In this document: in pieces, positions 47,342 through 56,661 of the stretch | How positions within the stretch are numbered: the stretch's first letter is position 1 | Layout: the number at the start of each line of letters is the position of its first letter | Source: a phage | Strand: one strand, 5' to 3' | DNA length: 64,000 nucleotides | Sequence record: PZ019086.1 | The notes under the pieces: generated by a model | What the model saw: only the letters and a program-made list of their open reading frames with translations | The model's database searches: none | Told to the model about the DNA's origin: nothing | Made by a program: the position numbers and the translations under genes

Positions 47342-47617
47342 TTATTTCATATTATTGAAATATTCTTCTGCAATTTCATCATTATCGTGGTAAACTTTAG
47401 AAGACAGTTTAACATAACCTTCTGCTGTGAACATGTTAATCACAACTTTTACAGTATACCACTGGCCGTCTTCATTACCCATTACTGCGTAAGTTTCAAA
47501 CATCGGATGGTCAGGACCGATAACTTTAATATCATTCACTGTACGACCGAAATCTTCTGAAACACATTTCATAAAGAAGTTGAACAGTTCGCCGTAATTA
47601 TCCATTTTATTCTCCAA
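47342..47617 (-). CDS. Hypothetical small protein
   Basis: 91 aa; first gene after an early promoter. Confidence 0.55.
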   Translation of the reverse strand: MENKMDNYGELFNFFMKCVSEDFGRTVNDIKVIGPDHPMFETYAVMGNEDGQWYTVKVVINMFTAEGYVKLSSKVYHDNDEIAEEYFNNMK

Positions 47618-47643
47618 GTTGTTTTCTGTATCAGTAGTTGATA

Positions 47644-47680
47644 GTTGTATAGTACCATAGAAGAACAGGAATGTAAACAG
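47644..47680 (-). promoter_or_regulatory. T4-type early promoter
   Basis: Plus strand tgtatagtacca...tgtaaacagttttgtgaaaaa; approximate. Confidence 0.6.
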
Positions 47681-47810
47681 TTTTGTGAAAAATTTTTTAA
47701 AAAGTTTTAGGGAATTCTAGGGCAGGGAGGGGCAATTAAAGGATAGGATAATATATTATAAATGGTAGAAACTAAATGATGCCTAGAGAGGTCCAAAAAG
47801 GCCTAGATAC

Positions 47811-47838
47811 CAAAAAGCCCCAACCTTTCGGTCGGGGC
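47811..47838 (-). terminator. Rho-independent terminator ending the tRNA/stable-RNA transcription unit
   Basis: Minus-strand GCCCCGACC-GAAA-GGTTGGGGC stem-loop followed by TTTTT; approximate. Confidence 0.65.
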
Positions 47839-47845
47839 TAAGCCT

Positions 47846-48150
47846 TGCGGCAACCTTGTCGGGGTTCCACCTGCTAAGGCAAGTGTTTGTACGAAACGCC
47901 GGGATTCGAACCCGGTTATTAAGCAGTTGACGCTACTCAATATTTTTAAAAGGCCATATCTCGACCATATCCGAACGTTCCGTCAAAAACGCTACTCGGC
48001 TTACGGCAAAGATATTTCCTCGAATCGATAATTCTGTGCGCCGTTTCTGCTGTGATGTAAGGGGATATTAACAAATCGTAAAGATTTATTAAGACCAGTC
48101 CTTACTCAGGGAACATCAGTCCGACGACTTACCGGTAGCGACCCGGCTTC
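47846..48150 (-). ncRNA. Structured tRNA-like stable RNA region (candidate counterpart of T4 RNA species C/D)
   Basis: No ORF; locally GC-richer; a tRNA-like T-arm CCGGGTTCGAATCCCGG flanked by pairing GAAACG/CGTTTC; internal duplicate GAGTAGCGT; immediately downstream of tRNA-Arg and upstream of the terminator; boundaries approximate. Confidence 0.4.
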
Positions 48151-48155
48151 TTGTC

Positions 48156-48231
48156 TGGTCGAGGCAGTAGGGATCGAACCTACGACCTAGGACTTAGAAG
48201 GTCCTTGCTCTTCCTTCTGAGCTATGCCTCG
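48156..48231 (-). tRNA. tRNA-Arg (anticodon TCT), CCA encoded
   Basis: Manual cloverleaf: acceptor CGAGGCA/TGCCTCG, anticodon stem AGGAC/GTCCT, loop CTTCTAA, T-loop TTCGATC. Confidence 0.8.
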
Positions 48232-48235
48232 GATT

Positions 48236-48310
48236 TGGCGGACGTGATAGGATTCGAACCTATAACCAATCGCTTAACAGGCGATCGCTCTGCCATTGAG
48301 CTACACATCC
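48236..48310 (-). tRNA. tRNA-Asn (anticodon GTT), CCA encoded
   Basis: Manual cloverleaf: acceptor GGATGTG/CACGTCC (one G-U), D-stem GCTC/GAGC, anticodon stem ATCGC/GCGAT, loop CTGTTAA, T-arm ATAGG-TTCGAAT-CCTAT. Confidence 0.75.
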
Positions 48311-48314
48311 AAAT

Positions 48315-48401
48315 TGGTGGGGAGTGATGGAGTCGAACCACCCGAGTCGCAATGACAATGGATTTACAGTCCACACCGCTACCTCTACGGGATAACTCCC
48401 C
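48315..48401 (-). tRNA. tRNA-Tyr (anticodon GTA), long variable arm, CCA encoded
   Basis: Manual cloverleaf: acceptor GGGGAGT/ACTCCCC, anticodon stem GTGGA/TCCAT, loop CTGTAAA, long variable arm, T-loop TTCGACT; architecture parallels E. coli tRNA-Tyr. Confidence 0.7.
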
Positions 48402-48414
48402 TTAATTCTTAATT

Positions 48415-48489
48415 TGGTGGCCCTGGGTGGAATTGAACCACCATCTGGCGATTATGAGTCGCTTGCTTGAACCTTCCAGCTACAGGGCC
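48415..48489 (-). tRNA. tRNA-Ile (anticodon CAT, presumably lysidine-modified), CCA encoded
   Basis: Acceptor GGCCCTG/CAGGGCC, anticodon loop CTCATAA; Ile assignment follows T4 precedent, Met cannot be excluded from sequence alone. Confidence 0.7.
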
Positions 48490-48490
48490 T

Positions 48491-48566
48491 TGGTGCTGAT
48501 TGACGGAATCGAACCGCCGACCTTCTCATTACAAGTGAGTTGCTCTACCTACTGAGCTAAATCAGC
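48491..48566 (-). tRNA. tRNA-Thr (anticodon TGT), CCA encoded
   Basis: Acceptor GCTGATT/AATCAGC, anticodon stem ACTCA/TGAGA, loop CTTGTAA. Confidence 0.8.
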
Positions 48567-48571
48567 AAAAC

Positions 48572-48661
48572 TGGCGGAGGCGATAGGATTCGAACCTATG
48601 AGTCGCTGGAGCGACTGCCGGTTTTCAAGACCGGTGCATTAAACCACTCTGCCACGCCTCC
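48572..48661 (-). tRNA. tRNA-Ser (anticodon TGA), long variable arm, CCA encoded
   Basis: Acceptor GGAGGCG/CGCCTCC, anticodon stem CCGGT/ACCGG, loop CTTGAAA. Confidence 0.8.
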
Positions 48662-48663
48662 AG

Positions 48664-48737
48664 TCTCCGTGGCAGGATTTGAACCTGCGACATTCTGCTC
48701 CCAAAGCAGACGCTCTACCAAACTGAGCTACACGGAG
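48664..48737 (-). tRNA. tRNA-Pro (anticodon TGG), CCA not encoded
   Basis: Acceptor CTCCGTG/CACGGAG, anticodon stem TCTGC/GCAGA, loop TTTGGGA. Confidence 0.8.
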
Positions 48738-48747
48738 TAAATTAAAT

Positions 48748-48821
<74 letters not shown>

Positions 48822-48826
48822 AAATT

Positions 48827-48913
48827 TGGTGCGAGAAGTGGGACTCGAACCCACAAGGAAATCATTCCGCAGCATTTTAAGTGCTGTGCCTTTACCAATT
48901 TGACCATTCTCGC
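48827..48913 (-). tRNA. tRNA-Leu (anticodon TAA), long variable arm, CCA encoded
   Basis: Acceptor GCGAGAA/TTCTCGC, anticodon stem CAGCA/TGCTG, loop CTTAAAA. Confidence 0.8.
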
Positions 48914-48914
48914 G

Positions 48915-48987
48915 CTGGGAATAAAGGACTCGAACCTTTGCATCTAGCAGTCAAAGTGCTATGCCTTACCAACTTGGCTAATTCCCA
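48915..48987 (-). tRNA. tRNA-Gln (anticodon TTG), CCA not encoded; abuts tRNA-Leu (dimeric precursor)
   Basis: Acceptor TGGGAAT/ATTCCCA, anticodon stem TAGCA/TGCTA, loop CTTTGAC; boundaries consistent with ORF-track coordinates in this region. Confidence 0.8.
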
Positions 48988-49075
48988 ATTATTAACAAAG
49001 GCTCTCAAACAAGAACCCTTGATGATAGAGGGGGTATTAATCAGTGCGATATAAGTTAATAATAACACATAATTC

Positions 49076-49591
49076 TTAAAGCAAATCAATCATTTTAACA
49101 GTTGGCAAAACGATTTCTTCTTCAATATAAGCGAATTCAACACATTCAACTACACGCAAGAAATCATAATCATAATATTCAGAAGCATGGCCAAGAATAT
49201 CAATGAGACCTTCTGATACCAAATATCCATTCTCACGGAACAGGTCGAATACACGCGATTCGTCTTCTTCAGATTTATTACCAAGGTCGACTTCAATATC
49301 AAAGACCTTTTTAATGAATTCTGGATAAAGCTGGTCTGAGAACAGTCCTTCAACCAAGTATTCATAGATTAAAAGCGAGCAATCACTGAATAGTGTATTA
49401 CCACAGTAACGTTCAGCTTTAGTGCTAGAATGACGACTCTTAAATTTCTTCAAGAGATATTTAAACTGTTGGAGCTCATGCTCTTCTACACCAAATAATG
49501 TTTTGGTTTTATAGTTGTCGCCGTCATTTTCCCAAGTAGTGACATCAATTACGTAACCTTTAGGAATTGTACTGCCTAAACAAATATTCAT
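49076..49591 (-). CDS. Hypothetical acidic protein upstream of the tRNA cluster
   Basis: Start set to ATG at 49591 (MNICLGSTIPKGY...) with RBS. Confidence 0.55.
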   Translation of the reverse strand: MNICLGSTIPKGYVIDVTTWENDGDNYKTKTLFGVEEHELQQFKYLLKKFKSRHSSTKAERYCGNTLFSDCSLLIYEYLVEGLFSDQLYPEFIKKVFDIEVDLGNKSEEDESRVFDLFRENGYLVSEGLIDILGHASEYYDYDFLRVVECVEFAYIEEEIVLPTVKMIDLL

Positions 49592-49595
49592 TTTC

Positions 49596-49886
49596 TCACC
49601 GTACCATATTAATGTAATTATATTCAATGCAACGTAATTTCAAAGGATTCTTGAAAATATCATATTCAAGAGGGCCTTTTTCTGTTTCAATAAAGAAATC
49701 AAAATTTACTGTATTAAATTTACGGTCTTCCTTCACTAATTTAACTTGAGAAGATGAACGGTCAATGTAAACCTTTTCAACTTCAAAACATGTTAAAATG
49801 CCATAATCATCAATCAAGGCTTTAGCTGCTTCTTGATCATATTTATATCCATTTTCAATGGATGATACTTTCGCATAAAGAATCAT
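49596..49886 (-). CDS. Hypothetical protein
   Basis: Start set to ATG at 49886 (MILYAKVSSIENGY...). Confidence 0.5.
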   Translation of the reverse strand: MILYAKVSSIENGYKYDQEAAKALIDDYGILTCFEVEKVYIDRSSSQVKLVKEDRKFNTVNFDFFIETEKGPLEYDIFKNPLKLRCIEYNYINMVR

Positions 49887-49888
49887 TA

Positions 49889-50269
49889 TCAACCTTCATC
49901 AACAATAGTATGCGTATTGGCATTTACAATTTGCCACCAATCAAAGCGATTAGAACCATAATCTGGTTTGTTTTCATTTTCTTTGATGATGTCACGGAGT
50001 TCATCTTCAGTGGCGGCTTTCGCGATTAAATCAGCATATCCACCACGAGGATAATAATTATCACCTGCAAAAAGTAAAAAGTTTGGTTTAATGTTATTGA
50101 ACTCTTCAAGAGTAATAACTTTTCCTGACGGTTGAACAATCTCTACATATTTATATCCCAATTTTTGAGCAGCATCTACTGCTTCAAGCAAAGTATCATG
50201 AGCCCATCCAATTTGACAACTTGGCTTTTCAGATGGATTAGCTTGATAATCCGCATACACTTTATACAT
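49889..50269 (-). CDS. Hypothetical protein
   Basis: Start set to ATG at 50269 (MYKVYADYQANPSEK...). Confidence 0.5.
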   Translation of the reverse strand: MYKVYADYQANPSEKPSCQIGWAHDTLLEAVDAAQKLGYKYVEIVQPSGKVITLEEFNNIKPNFLLFAGDNYYPRGGYADLIAKAATEDELRDIIKENENKPDYGSNRFDWWQIVNANTHTIVDEG

Positions 50270-50270
50270 T

Positions 50271-50456
50271 CTATTCACCTTTAGAAATTTTATCCATAAC
50301 GATAGCAATTAAACCAATTAAAAATGCTACTACAAGTGAAAACACGTTTTCTGCTGTAGTTAATAATCCGCATATAAATCCAACAAACATTGAAAAACTA
50401 AAAGCAGAAGCAGAAATTGCAATAGCAACATTTCGAATTAATTCACAACGTTTCAT
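50271..50456 (-). CDS. Small membrane protein
   Basis: 61 aa, two hydrophobic helices; directly after an early promoter. Confidence 0.5.
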   Translation of the reverse strand: MKRCELIRNVAIAISASAFSFSMFVGFICGLLTTAENVFSLVVAFLIGLIAIVMDKISKGE

Positions 50457-50479
50457 TTTATTCTCCTCAGTAGTTGATA

Positions 50480-50517
50480 GGGTAATAGTATCACAACTAA
50501 AACCCTATGTAAACAAC
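50480..50517 (-). promoter_or_regulatory. T4-type early promoter
   Basis: Plus strand gtaatagtatcaca...tgtaaacaactttgtgaaa; approximate. Confidence 0.6.
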
Positions 50518-50532
50518 TTTGTGAAATATTTA

Positions 50533-50820
50533 TTACAAAAGATTTTTAGCAATAATCTTGAGATGTGCCGCAGAAATGTGTTTAGCTTTAAACAACGCAG
50601 TTTCTTCAGCAGGAGAGATAATGATTGTAGCACCATCCTTTTTAGCAGACCACCCATCGCCTAGGTAAACAGTACCTTTGATTTCTTCGCCATCAACCAG
50701 ACTAATCATTGGTTTACCTTCTCGTCCTTTATTTGCTTTAATAACTTCAGAAGTAAGAGTAGCTTCGGTAATGGTAGAAACCGGGGTAGTTGTAGAAGTA
50801 AATTCTTTAAATGTTTTCAT
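50533..50820 (-). CDS. ipI: Internal protein I (capsid-targeted; in T4 an anti-restriction protein)
   Basis: 95 aa; MKTFKEFTSTTTPVSTITE targeting leader; matches T4 IPI closely from memory. Confidence 0.85.
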   Translation of the reverse strand: MKTFKEFTSTTTPVSTITEATLTSEVIKANKGREGKPMISLVDGEEIKGTVYLGDGWSAKKDGATIIISPAEETALFKAKHISAAHLKIIAKNLL

Positions 50821-50844
50821 TTTATTTTCCTAATTAATTTTGAT

Positions 50845-50882
50845 GAGATAATAGTATCACTACCTCATCAGCGTGTAAACAA
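50845..50882 (-). promoter_or_regulatory. T4-type early promoter for ipI
   Basis: Plus strand gataatagtatcac...tgtaaacaactttgtgaaa; approximate. Confidence 0.6.
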
Positions 50883-50892
50883 CTTTGTGAAA

Positions 50893-51589
<697 letters not shown>

Positions 51590-51590
<1 letters not shown>

Positions 51591-52303
51591 TATAGTACCT
51601 TTAGTGTATTTTTAATTTTAGAAAAAAGTTCTTCAAGAGAACCATCGTTTGTAATTACTAAATCGCCATCACGAATTGGCAATCCAGCTTCTGTAATATG
51701 AGTATCATTGGATTTTTGACCAGGACGAACTACATGAATTACTGTAGCACCCATCGCCCTAGCCGCATCCATTTCATGGTCTTGACGAGTATCAGGAACG
51801 ATATAATAATCATAACCTGAGTTAAATTTATCAAGATAATCTAAAGCAAATAATTTTACCCAATACATGCGGTCGAAGTTATTAACAATCAAATCCGTAC
51901 CTAGGGCTTGCATCAGACGACGGACTGACCATTGATCTTCAATATTATTTATAACGTCAATAATCTTGTTAAATGCTACGAAATTAACTGCGTCATCAAA
52001 AACACACACACCCTTAATTGGGCTTTTACTATTAAGATAGCAAAATGCTTGTTCCATAATCGTAATTACTTCTAATTTAGTCAGATTTAAATTAGTCTCG
52101 CGATCATAGTCAATTCCTTCAAACTCTTTACGAGTTAAACAAGGATAGTCAGTGTTTGCTACGAATACGCCCCATGCATAAGCCAATGCATCTTTAATAG
52201 GACCAGCAAGTTGATATTTAACTGCAGAATAATTATTCATGATAAAATCTGCGGTAGTATCTTTTCCACTACGCTTTACACCACTTAAAAAGATTAGTTT
52301 CAT
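51590..52303 (-). CDS. 1: Deoxynucleoside monophosphate kinase
   Basis: 237 aa; P-loop MKLIFLSGVKRSGKDT. Confidence 0.9.
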
Positions 52304-52352
52304 ATGTTTCTCCTCAAATTTAGTTAAGATTATAACACATGAAACTTAAGCA

Positions 52353-52883
52353 TTAAACTTCTGCTATAATTTTGCCATCTTTTTCTACTTGAAAATACGT
52401 ATAAGGAATCGTTGCTGTGCATACTAAGGCTGGGTCTGAATCTTCTGTGTAGCTAAATTCTACTTCAGACAGGTCAGAAACCCAGGGCTTATAAAAATTT
52501 ATTGACATCACGATTTCAGTTTTACTATTATCTAAAATGTAAAGCGTAATGTATTCAGGACCTGTTTTTTGGGCAGTATTTTCGCCTGTAAGATAGTTAC
52601 TAGTTCCTAGCATCCATTCATACATTCCTATCCACGACTTAAGCTCTTCATCAACTATAAATCTCACAATGAGTGGGTCGTACTCAAATGTAACTCCTGG
52701 ACGCTGTGCTCGGCCTAGTCCAAACGGCCCAGTCACGGTATCAGTAACAGGTATCCTAATTCCCGGAATAGGAACTGACTGAGCATTTAAAGTAAAAGCA
52801 GATGTAGTATTACTATGCGGTATTGATACTACAAAGTTAGTTGTATTTGCTTGGTTAAAAATTTGTTGTAGTGCTTGCGACAT
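52353..52883 (-). CDS. 3: Tail sheath stabilizer / tail completion protein gp3
   Basis: Start moved to ATG at 52883 (MSQALQQIFNQANTT..., 176 aa as T4 gp3) with GAGGAA RBS. Confidence 0.85.
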   Translation of the reverse strand: MSQALQQIFNQANTTNFVVSIPHSNTTSAFTLNAQSVPIPGIRIPVTDTVTGPFGLGRAQRPGVTFEYDPLIVRFIVDEELKSWIGMYEWMLGTSNYLTGENTAQKTGPEYITLYILDNSKTEIVMSINFYKPWVSDLSEVEFSYTEDSDPALVCTATIPYTYFQVEKDGKIIAEV

Positions 52884-52989
52884 ATATTCCTCATAATGCT
52901 TTATAAATGTTGGTGGTATAATGGGTCTAAGTCCCTTCCATTCAATTCCAATTAGAACAAACAATAGAAAAGAATGGAAGATAATAGAA

Positions 52990-53814
52990 TTAGATATTTG
53001 ACCAGACTTTGTTTGCAGAGAAACGTTTTCCTTTTGAAACGAACTGCTGAAGTGGCATTAACACAACGTTCGCCCAGTCTTTCGGGGCGATTTCAACAAG
53101 ACTACCCATGATATTACCAGGTATATATGCCTTAATCATTTGGTCTGCACCCCTAAATCCTTTCACTTGACTCCAATCAATTTTTAATTTCGTTTTATTA
53201 GTAATAGTAGGTGTATTCGAATATTGCTTTAAAAGCTCTTCTAGAAATTGCTGACGAGCTTTAGGTGGAATATAGTGCAAGTTCAATCCGTACATTAAAT
53301 TATGTTTACCTAAACCAAGATAAATTATCAAAGGAAATTTATCCCAGTAAGGAAGAGTTTCCTTGTGTTTAGCATCATAAGCAAAAGCATATATTCGTCC
53401 CGGCTGAGGGCGAACAACTTTATGTCCTTTTACTTGCTTAATAGTTTCAGCAAACCACTTTCTGGTTTTATTATTAATTGCTGCGCCTTCATTACGAATT
53501 TTATCACGCAATGTTTGCCTGAATGAATTTATCATAAGCAGTTGTCTTTCTTGCTTATTGAGTTTATTCATTGGTTTTGATTCAAGCTTTTGAATCTTTT
53601 CAGCTGTTTTAATTCCTGAAGCATATTTTGACATTGCCGAAGTAAACGTAGAGTATTTGATTCCTCTTACTTCGGCAAATTGCTTTCCTGTCATTCCTTT
53701 TGCTTTGGCCTTTTTGTATTCAAGACCTATCTGAATCCATTTCTTTTCGTTTAATGATTGCTTAACCTTTGGAACTTGGGGAGTGCTTTCATTAATTATT
53801 TGAAAAATAGCCAT
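52990..53814 (-). CDS. 2: DNA end protector protein gp2
   Basis: 274 aa as T4 gp2; overlaps gene 4 stop. Confidence 0.85.
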   Translation of the reverse strand: MAIFQIINESTPQVPKVKQSLNEKKWIQIGLEYKKAKAKGMTGKQFAEVRGIKYSTFTSAMSKYASGIKTAEKIQKLESKPMNKLNKQERQLLMINSFRQTLRDKIRNEGAAINNKTRKWFAETIKQVKGHKVVRPQPGRIYAFAYDAKHKETLPYWDKFPLIIYLGLGKHNLMYGLNLHYIPPKARQQFLEELLKQYSNTPTITNKTKLKIDWSQVKGFRGADQMIKAYIPGNIMGSLVEIAPKDWANVVLMPLQQFVSKGKRFSANKVWSNI

Positions 53815-54266
53815 TATGCCCCCTTAAAGCCAAGAGCCCGTAATCCATCTTCTGTTAGAATTCTAAATTTTATTCCACGCTTTTCAGCTAAAGATTGTGC
53901 TGCTTTCCATTTGTCAGTATTAACAGAATATGTATAAATTTCATTCATAAATCTTTTCTTCGCTGCTGTTGTTAGATGTGCTGGTTTAACTGGTGGTTGT
54001 GTTTCTTTTTTAGGTTTTATTTCAATAAAAAATTCTTGTCCAGAAGAATCTTTCATCCAAATATCCATGAAGTATCTACGTTTTTTCCCTTCTGCATTAC
54101 AAAAATAAGGAATTACTGCTGTTTCACTACCCCATGCAATAATTTCTGGATTTTTATCTAACCATTCAAAAAAGAATTTTTCCCAATTTGATCTATACGT
54201 AATTTTTTTAGGGTCACCTCTATATTTTGATATATTTTTAGGAACCCATTTTCCAGAATATGCCAT
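53814..54266 (-). CDS. 4: Head completion protein gp4
   Basis: 150 aa as T4 gp4. Confidence 0.85.
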   Translation of the reverse strand: MAYSGKWVPKNISKYRGDPKKITYRSNWEKFFFEWLDKNPEIIAWGSETAVIPYFCNAEGKKRRYFMDIWMKDSSGQEFFIEIKPKKETQPPVKPAHLTTAAKKRFMNEIYTYSVNTDKWKAAQSLAEKRGIKFRILTEDGLRALGFKGA

Positions 54267-54277
54267 TGGATTCTCCT

Positions 54278-54285
54278 TATAAATA
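54278..54285 (+). promoter_or_regulatory. T4 late promoter TATAAATA for gene 53
   Basis: TATAAATA about 29 nt upstream of the 53 ATG; approximate. Confidence 0.55.
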
Positions 54286-54290
54286 GATAA

Positions 54291-54298
54291 TATATTTA
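54291..54298 (-). promoter_or_regulatory. T4 late promoter TATAAATA for gene 4 (divergent from the gene 53 promoter)
   Basis: Minus-strand TGTTTATAAATATATT about 25 nt upstream of the gene 4 ATG; approximate. Confidence 0.5.
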
Positions 54299-54313
54299 TA
54301 AACAGGAGGGCCC

Positions 54314-54904
54314 ATGCTCTTTACATTTTTTGATCCGATTGAATATGCGGCCAAAACAGTGAATAAAAACGCGCCGACTATTCCTATGACAGATATTTTT
54401 AGAAACTATAAAGACTATTTCAAACGTGCTCTTGCGGGATACCGCTTACGCACTTATTATATCAAAGGTTCACCACGCCCGGAAGAATTAGCAAATGCTA
54501 TATATGGAAATCCACAGTTGTATTGGGTTTTATTGATGTGTAATGATAATTATGATCCGTATTATGGATGGATTACTTCGCAAGAAGCTGCTTATCAAGC
54601 ATCTATACAAAAATACAAAAACGTAGGTGGAGACCAAATAGTATATCATGTGAATGAGAACGGTGAAAAATTTTATAATTTAATATCATACGATGATAAT
54701 CCATATGTTTGGTATGACAAAGGCGATAAAGCTAGAAAATATCCTCAATATGAAGGAGCACTTGCTGCGGTCGATACGTATGAAGCTGCTGTTCTTGAAA
54801 ATGAAAAACTTCGTCAAATAAAAATAATAGCAAAATCAGACATCAATTCATTTATGAACGACCTTATACGTATAATGGAGAAATCTTATGGAAATGATAA
54901 GTAA
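54314..54904 (+). CDS. 53: Baseplate wedge protein gp53
   Basis: 196 aa as T4 gp53; ATG preceded by GGAGGG. Confidence 0.9.
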   Translation: MLFTFFDPIEYAAKTVNKNAPTIPMTDIFRNYKDYFKRALAGYRLRTYYIKGSPRPEELANAIYGNPQLYWVLLMCNDNYDPYYGWITSQEAAYQASIQKYKNVGGDQIVYHVNENGEKFYNLISYDDNPYVWYDKGDKARKYPQYEGALAAVDTYEAAVLENEKLRQIKIIAKSDINSFMNDLIRIMEKSYGNDK

Positions 54905-56660
54905 TAACCTTAATTGGTTTGTTGGTGTTGTTGAAGATAGAATGGACCCATTAAAATTAGGTCGCGTTCGTGTTCGTGTTGTTGGTCTGCATCCACCACA
55001 AAGAGCACAAGGTGATGTAATGGGTATTCCAACTGAAAAATTACCATGGATGTCAGTTATTCAACCTATAACTTCTGCAGCAATGTCTGGAATTGGAGGC
55101 TCCGTTACTGGTCCGGTAGAAGGAACTAGAGTTTATGGTCATTTTTTAGACAAATGGAAAACTAACGGAATTGTTCTTGGCACGTATGGTGGAATAGTTC
55201 GCGAAAAGCCTAATAGGCTTGAAGGATTTTCTGACCCAACTGGACAGTATCCTAGACGTCTAGGAAATGATACTAACGTATTAAACCAAGGCGGAGAAGT
55301 AGGATATGATTCGTCTTCTAATATTATCCAAGATAGCAATCTAGACACTGCGATAAATCCCGATGATAGACCACTATCAGAAATTCCAACTGATGATAAT
55401 CCAAATATGTCAATGGCTGAAATGCTTCGCCGTGATGAAGGATTAAGACTAAAAGTTTATTGGGATACTGAAGGATATCCGACAATTGGTATTGGTCATC
55501 TTATCATGAAGCAGCCAGTTCGTGATATGACTCAAATTAATAAAGTTTTATCAAAACAAGTTGGTCGTGAAATTACCGGAAATCCAGGTTCTATTACAAT
55601 GGAAGAGGCGACAGCTTTATTTGAACGCGATTTGGCTGATATGCAACGTGACATTAAATCACATTCTAAAGTTGGCCCAGTTTGGCAGGCAGTTAATCGT
55701 TCTCGTCAAATGGCATTAGAAAACATGGCATTTCAGATGGGTGTTGGTGGTGTAGCTAAATTTAACACAATGTTAACTGCTATGTTAGCAGGAGATTGGG
55801 AAAAAGCATATAAAGCTGGTCGTGATTCATTGTGGTATCAACAAACAAAAGGCCGTGCATCCCGTGTTACCATGATTATTCTTACGGGAAATTTGGAATC
55901 ATATGGTGTTGAAGTGAAAACACCGGCTAGGTCTTTGTCAGCAATGGCTGCTGCTGTAGCGAAGTCTTCTGATCCAGCTGACCCTCCTATTCCTAATGAT
56001 TCGAGAATTTTATTTAAAGAACCTGTTTCTTCATATAAAGGTGAATATCCATATGTTCACACAATGGAAACTGAAAGCGGTCATATTCAGGAATTTGATG
56101 ATACCCCTGGGCAAGAACGATACAGATTAGTTCATCCGACTGGAACATATGAGGAAGTATCACCGTCAGGAAGAAGAACAAGAAAAACTGTCGATAATTT
56201 GTATGATATAACAAATGCTGATGGTAATTTTTTGGTAGCCGGTGATAAAAAGACTAACGTCGGTGGATCAGAAATTTATTACAACATGGATAATCGTCTT
56301 CACCAAATAGATGGAAGCAATACAATATTTGTGCGTGGCGACGAAACGAAAACTGTTGAAGGTAATGGAACTATCCTAGTTAAAGGTAATGTTAAAGTAG
56401 TTATTCAAGGAACAGCAGATATAACTGTTGAACAGGAAGCATACATAACTGTTGAAAAAGACACGACTGTTAATGTTAACCAAAACGCAGACATAAGTGT
56501 TAAAAATAAAGCAACTGTTAATGCTGAAAATATGGATGTCAACGTTGAGCAAGATTTAAATTTTTCAGCGACAAATATTAATTTAAGTGCATCTAATACT
56601 GTTCATATGGATGGCGGGGTTCTTTCTAAAGTATCAGGTGGAAACGTACAGGTTGGTTAA
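54888..56660 (+). CDS. 5: Baseplate central spike with tail lysozyme domain gp5
   Basis: 590 aa; OB-fold N-terminus, lysozyme domain MAEMLRRDEGLRLKVYWDTEGYPTIGIGHLI, C-terminal beta-helix repeats (VKGNVKVVIQG...). Confidence 0.9.
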   Translation: MEMISNNLNWFVGVVEDRMDPLKLGRVRVRVVGLHPPQRAQGDVMGIPTEKLPWMSVIQPITSAAMSGIGGSVTGPVEGTRVYGHFLDKWKTNGIVLGTYGGIVREKPNRLEGFSDPTGQYPRRLGNDTNVLNQGGEVGYDSSSNIIQDSNLDTAINPDDRPLSEIPTDDNPNMSMAEMLRRDEGLRLKVYWDTEGYPTIGIGHLIMKQPVRDMTQINKVLSKQVGREITGNPGSITMEEATALFERDLADMQRDIKSHSKVGPVWQAVNRSRQMALENMAFQMGVGGVAKFNTMLTAMLAGDWEKAYKAGRDSLWYQQTKGRASRVTMIILTGNLESYGVEVKTPARSLSAMAAAVAKSSDPADPPIPNDSRILFKEPVSSYKGEYPYVHTMETESGHIQEFDDTPGQERYRLVHPTGTYEEVSPSGRRTRKTVDNLYDITNADGNFLVAGDKKTNVGGSEIYYNMDNRLHQIDGSNTIFVRGDETKTVEGNGTILVKGNVKVVIQGTADITVEQEAYITVEKDTTVNVNQNADISVKNKATVNAENMDVNVEQDLNFSATNINLSASNTVHMDGGVLSKVSGGNVQVG

Positions 56661-56661
56661 T

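Noticed and set aside
56587-56661. N-terminal extension of the 703-aa ORF into gene 5
   Set aside because: The extension starts at a non-ATG codon inside gene 5; the first ATG (56662) sits right after the gene 5 stop, so the protein is taken as 678 aa.
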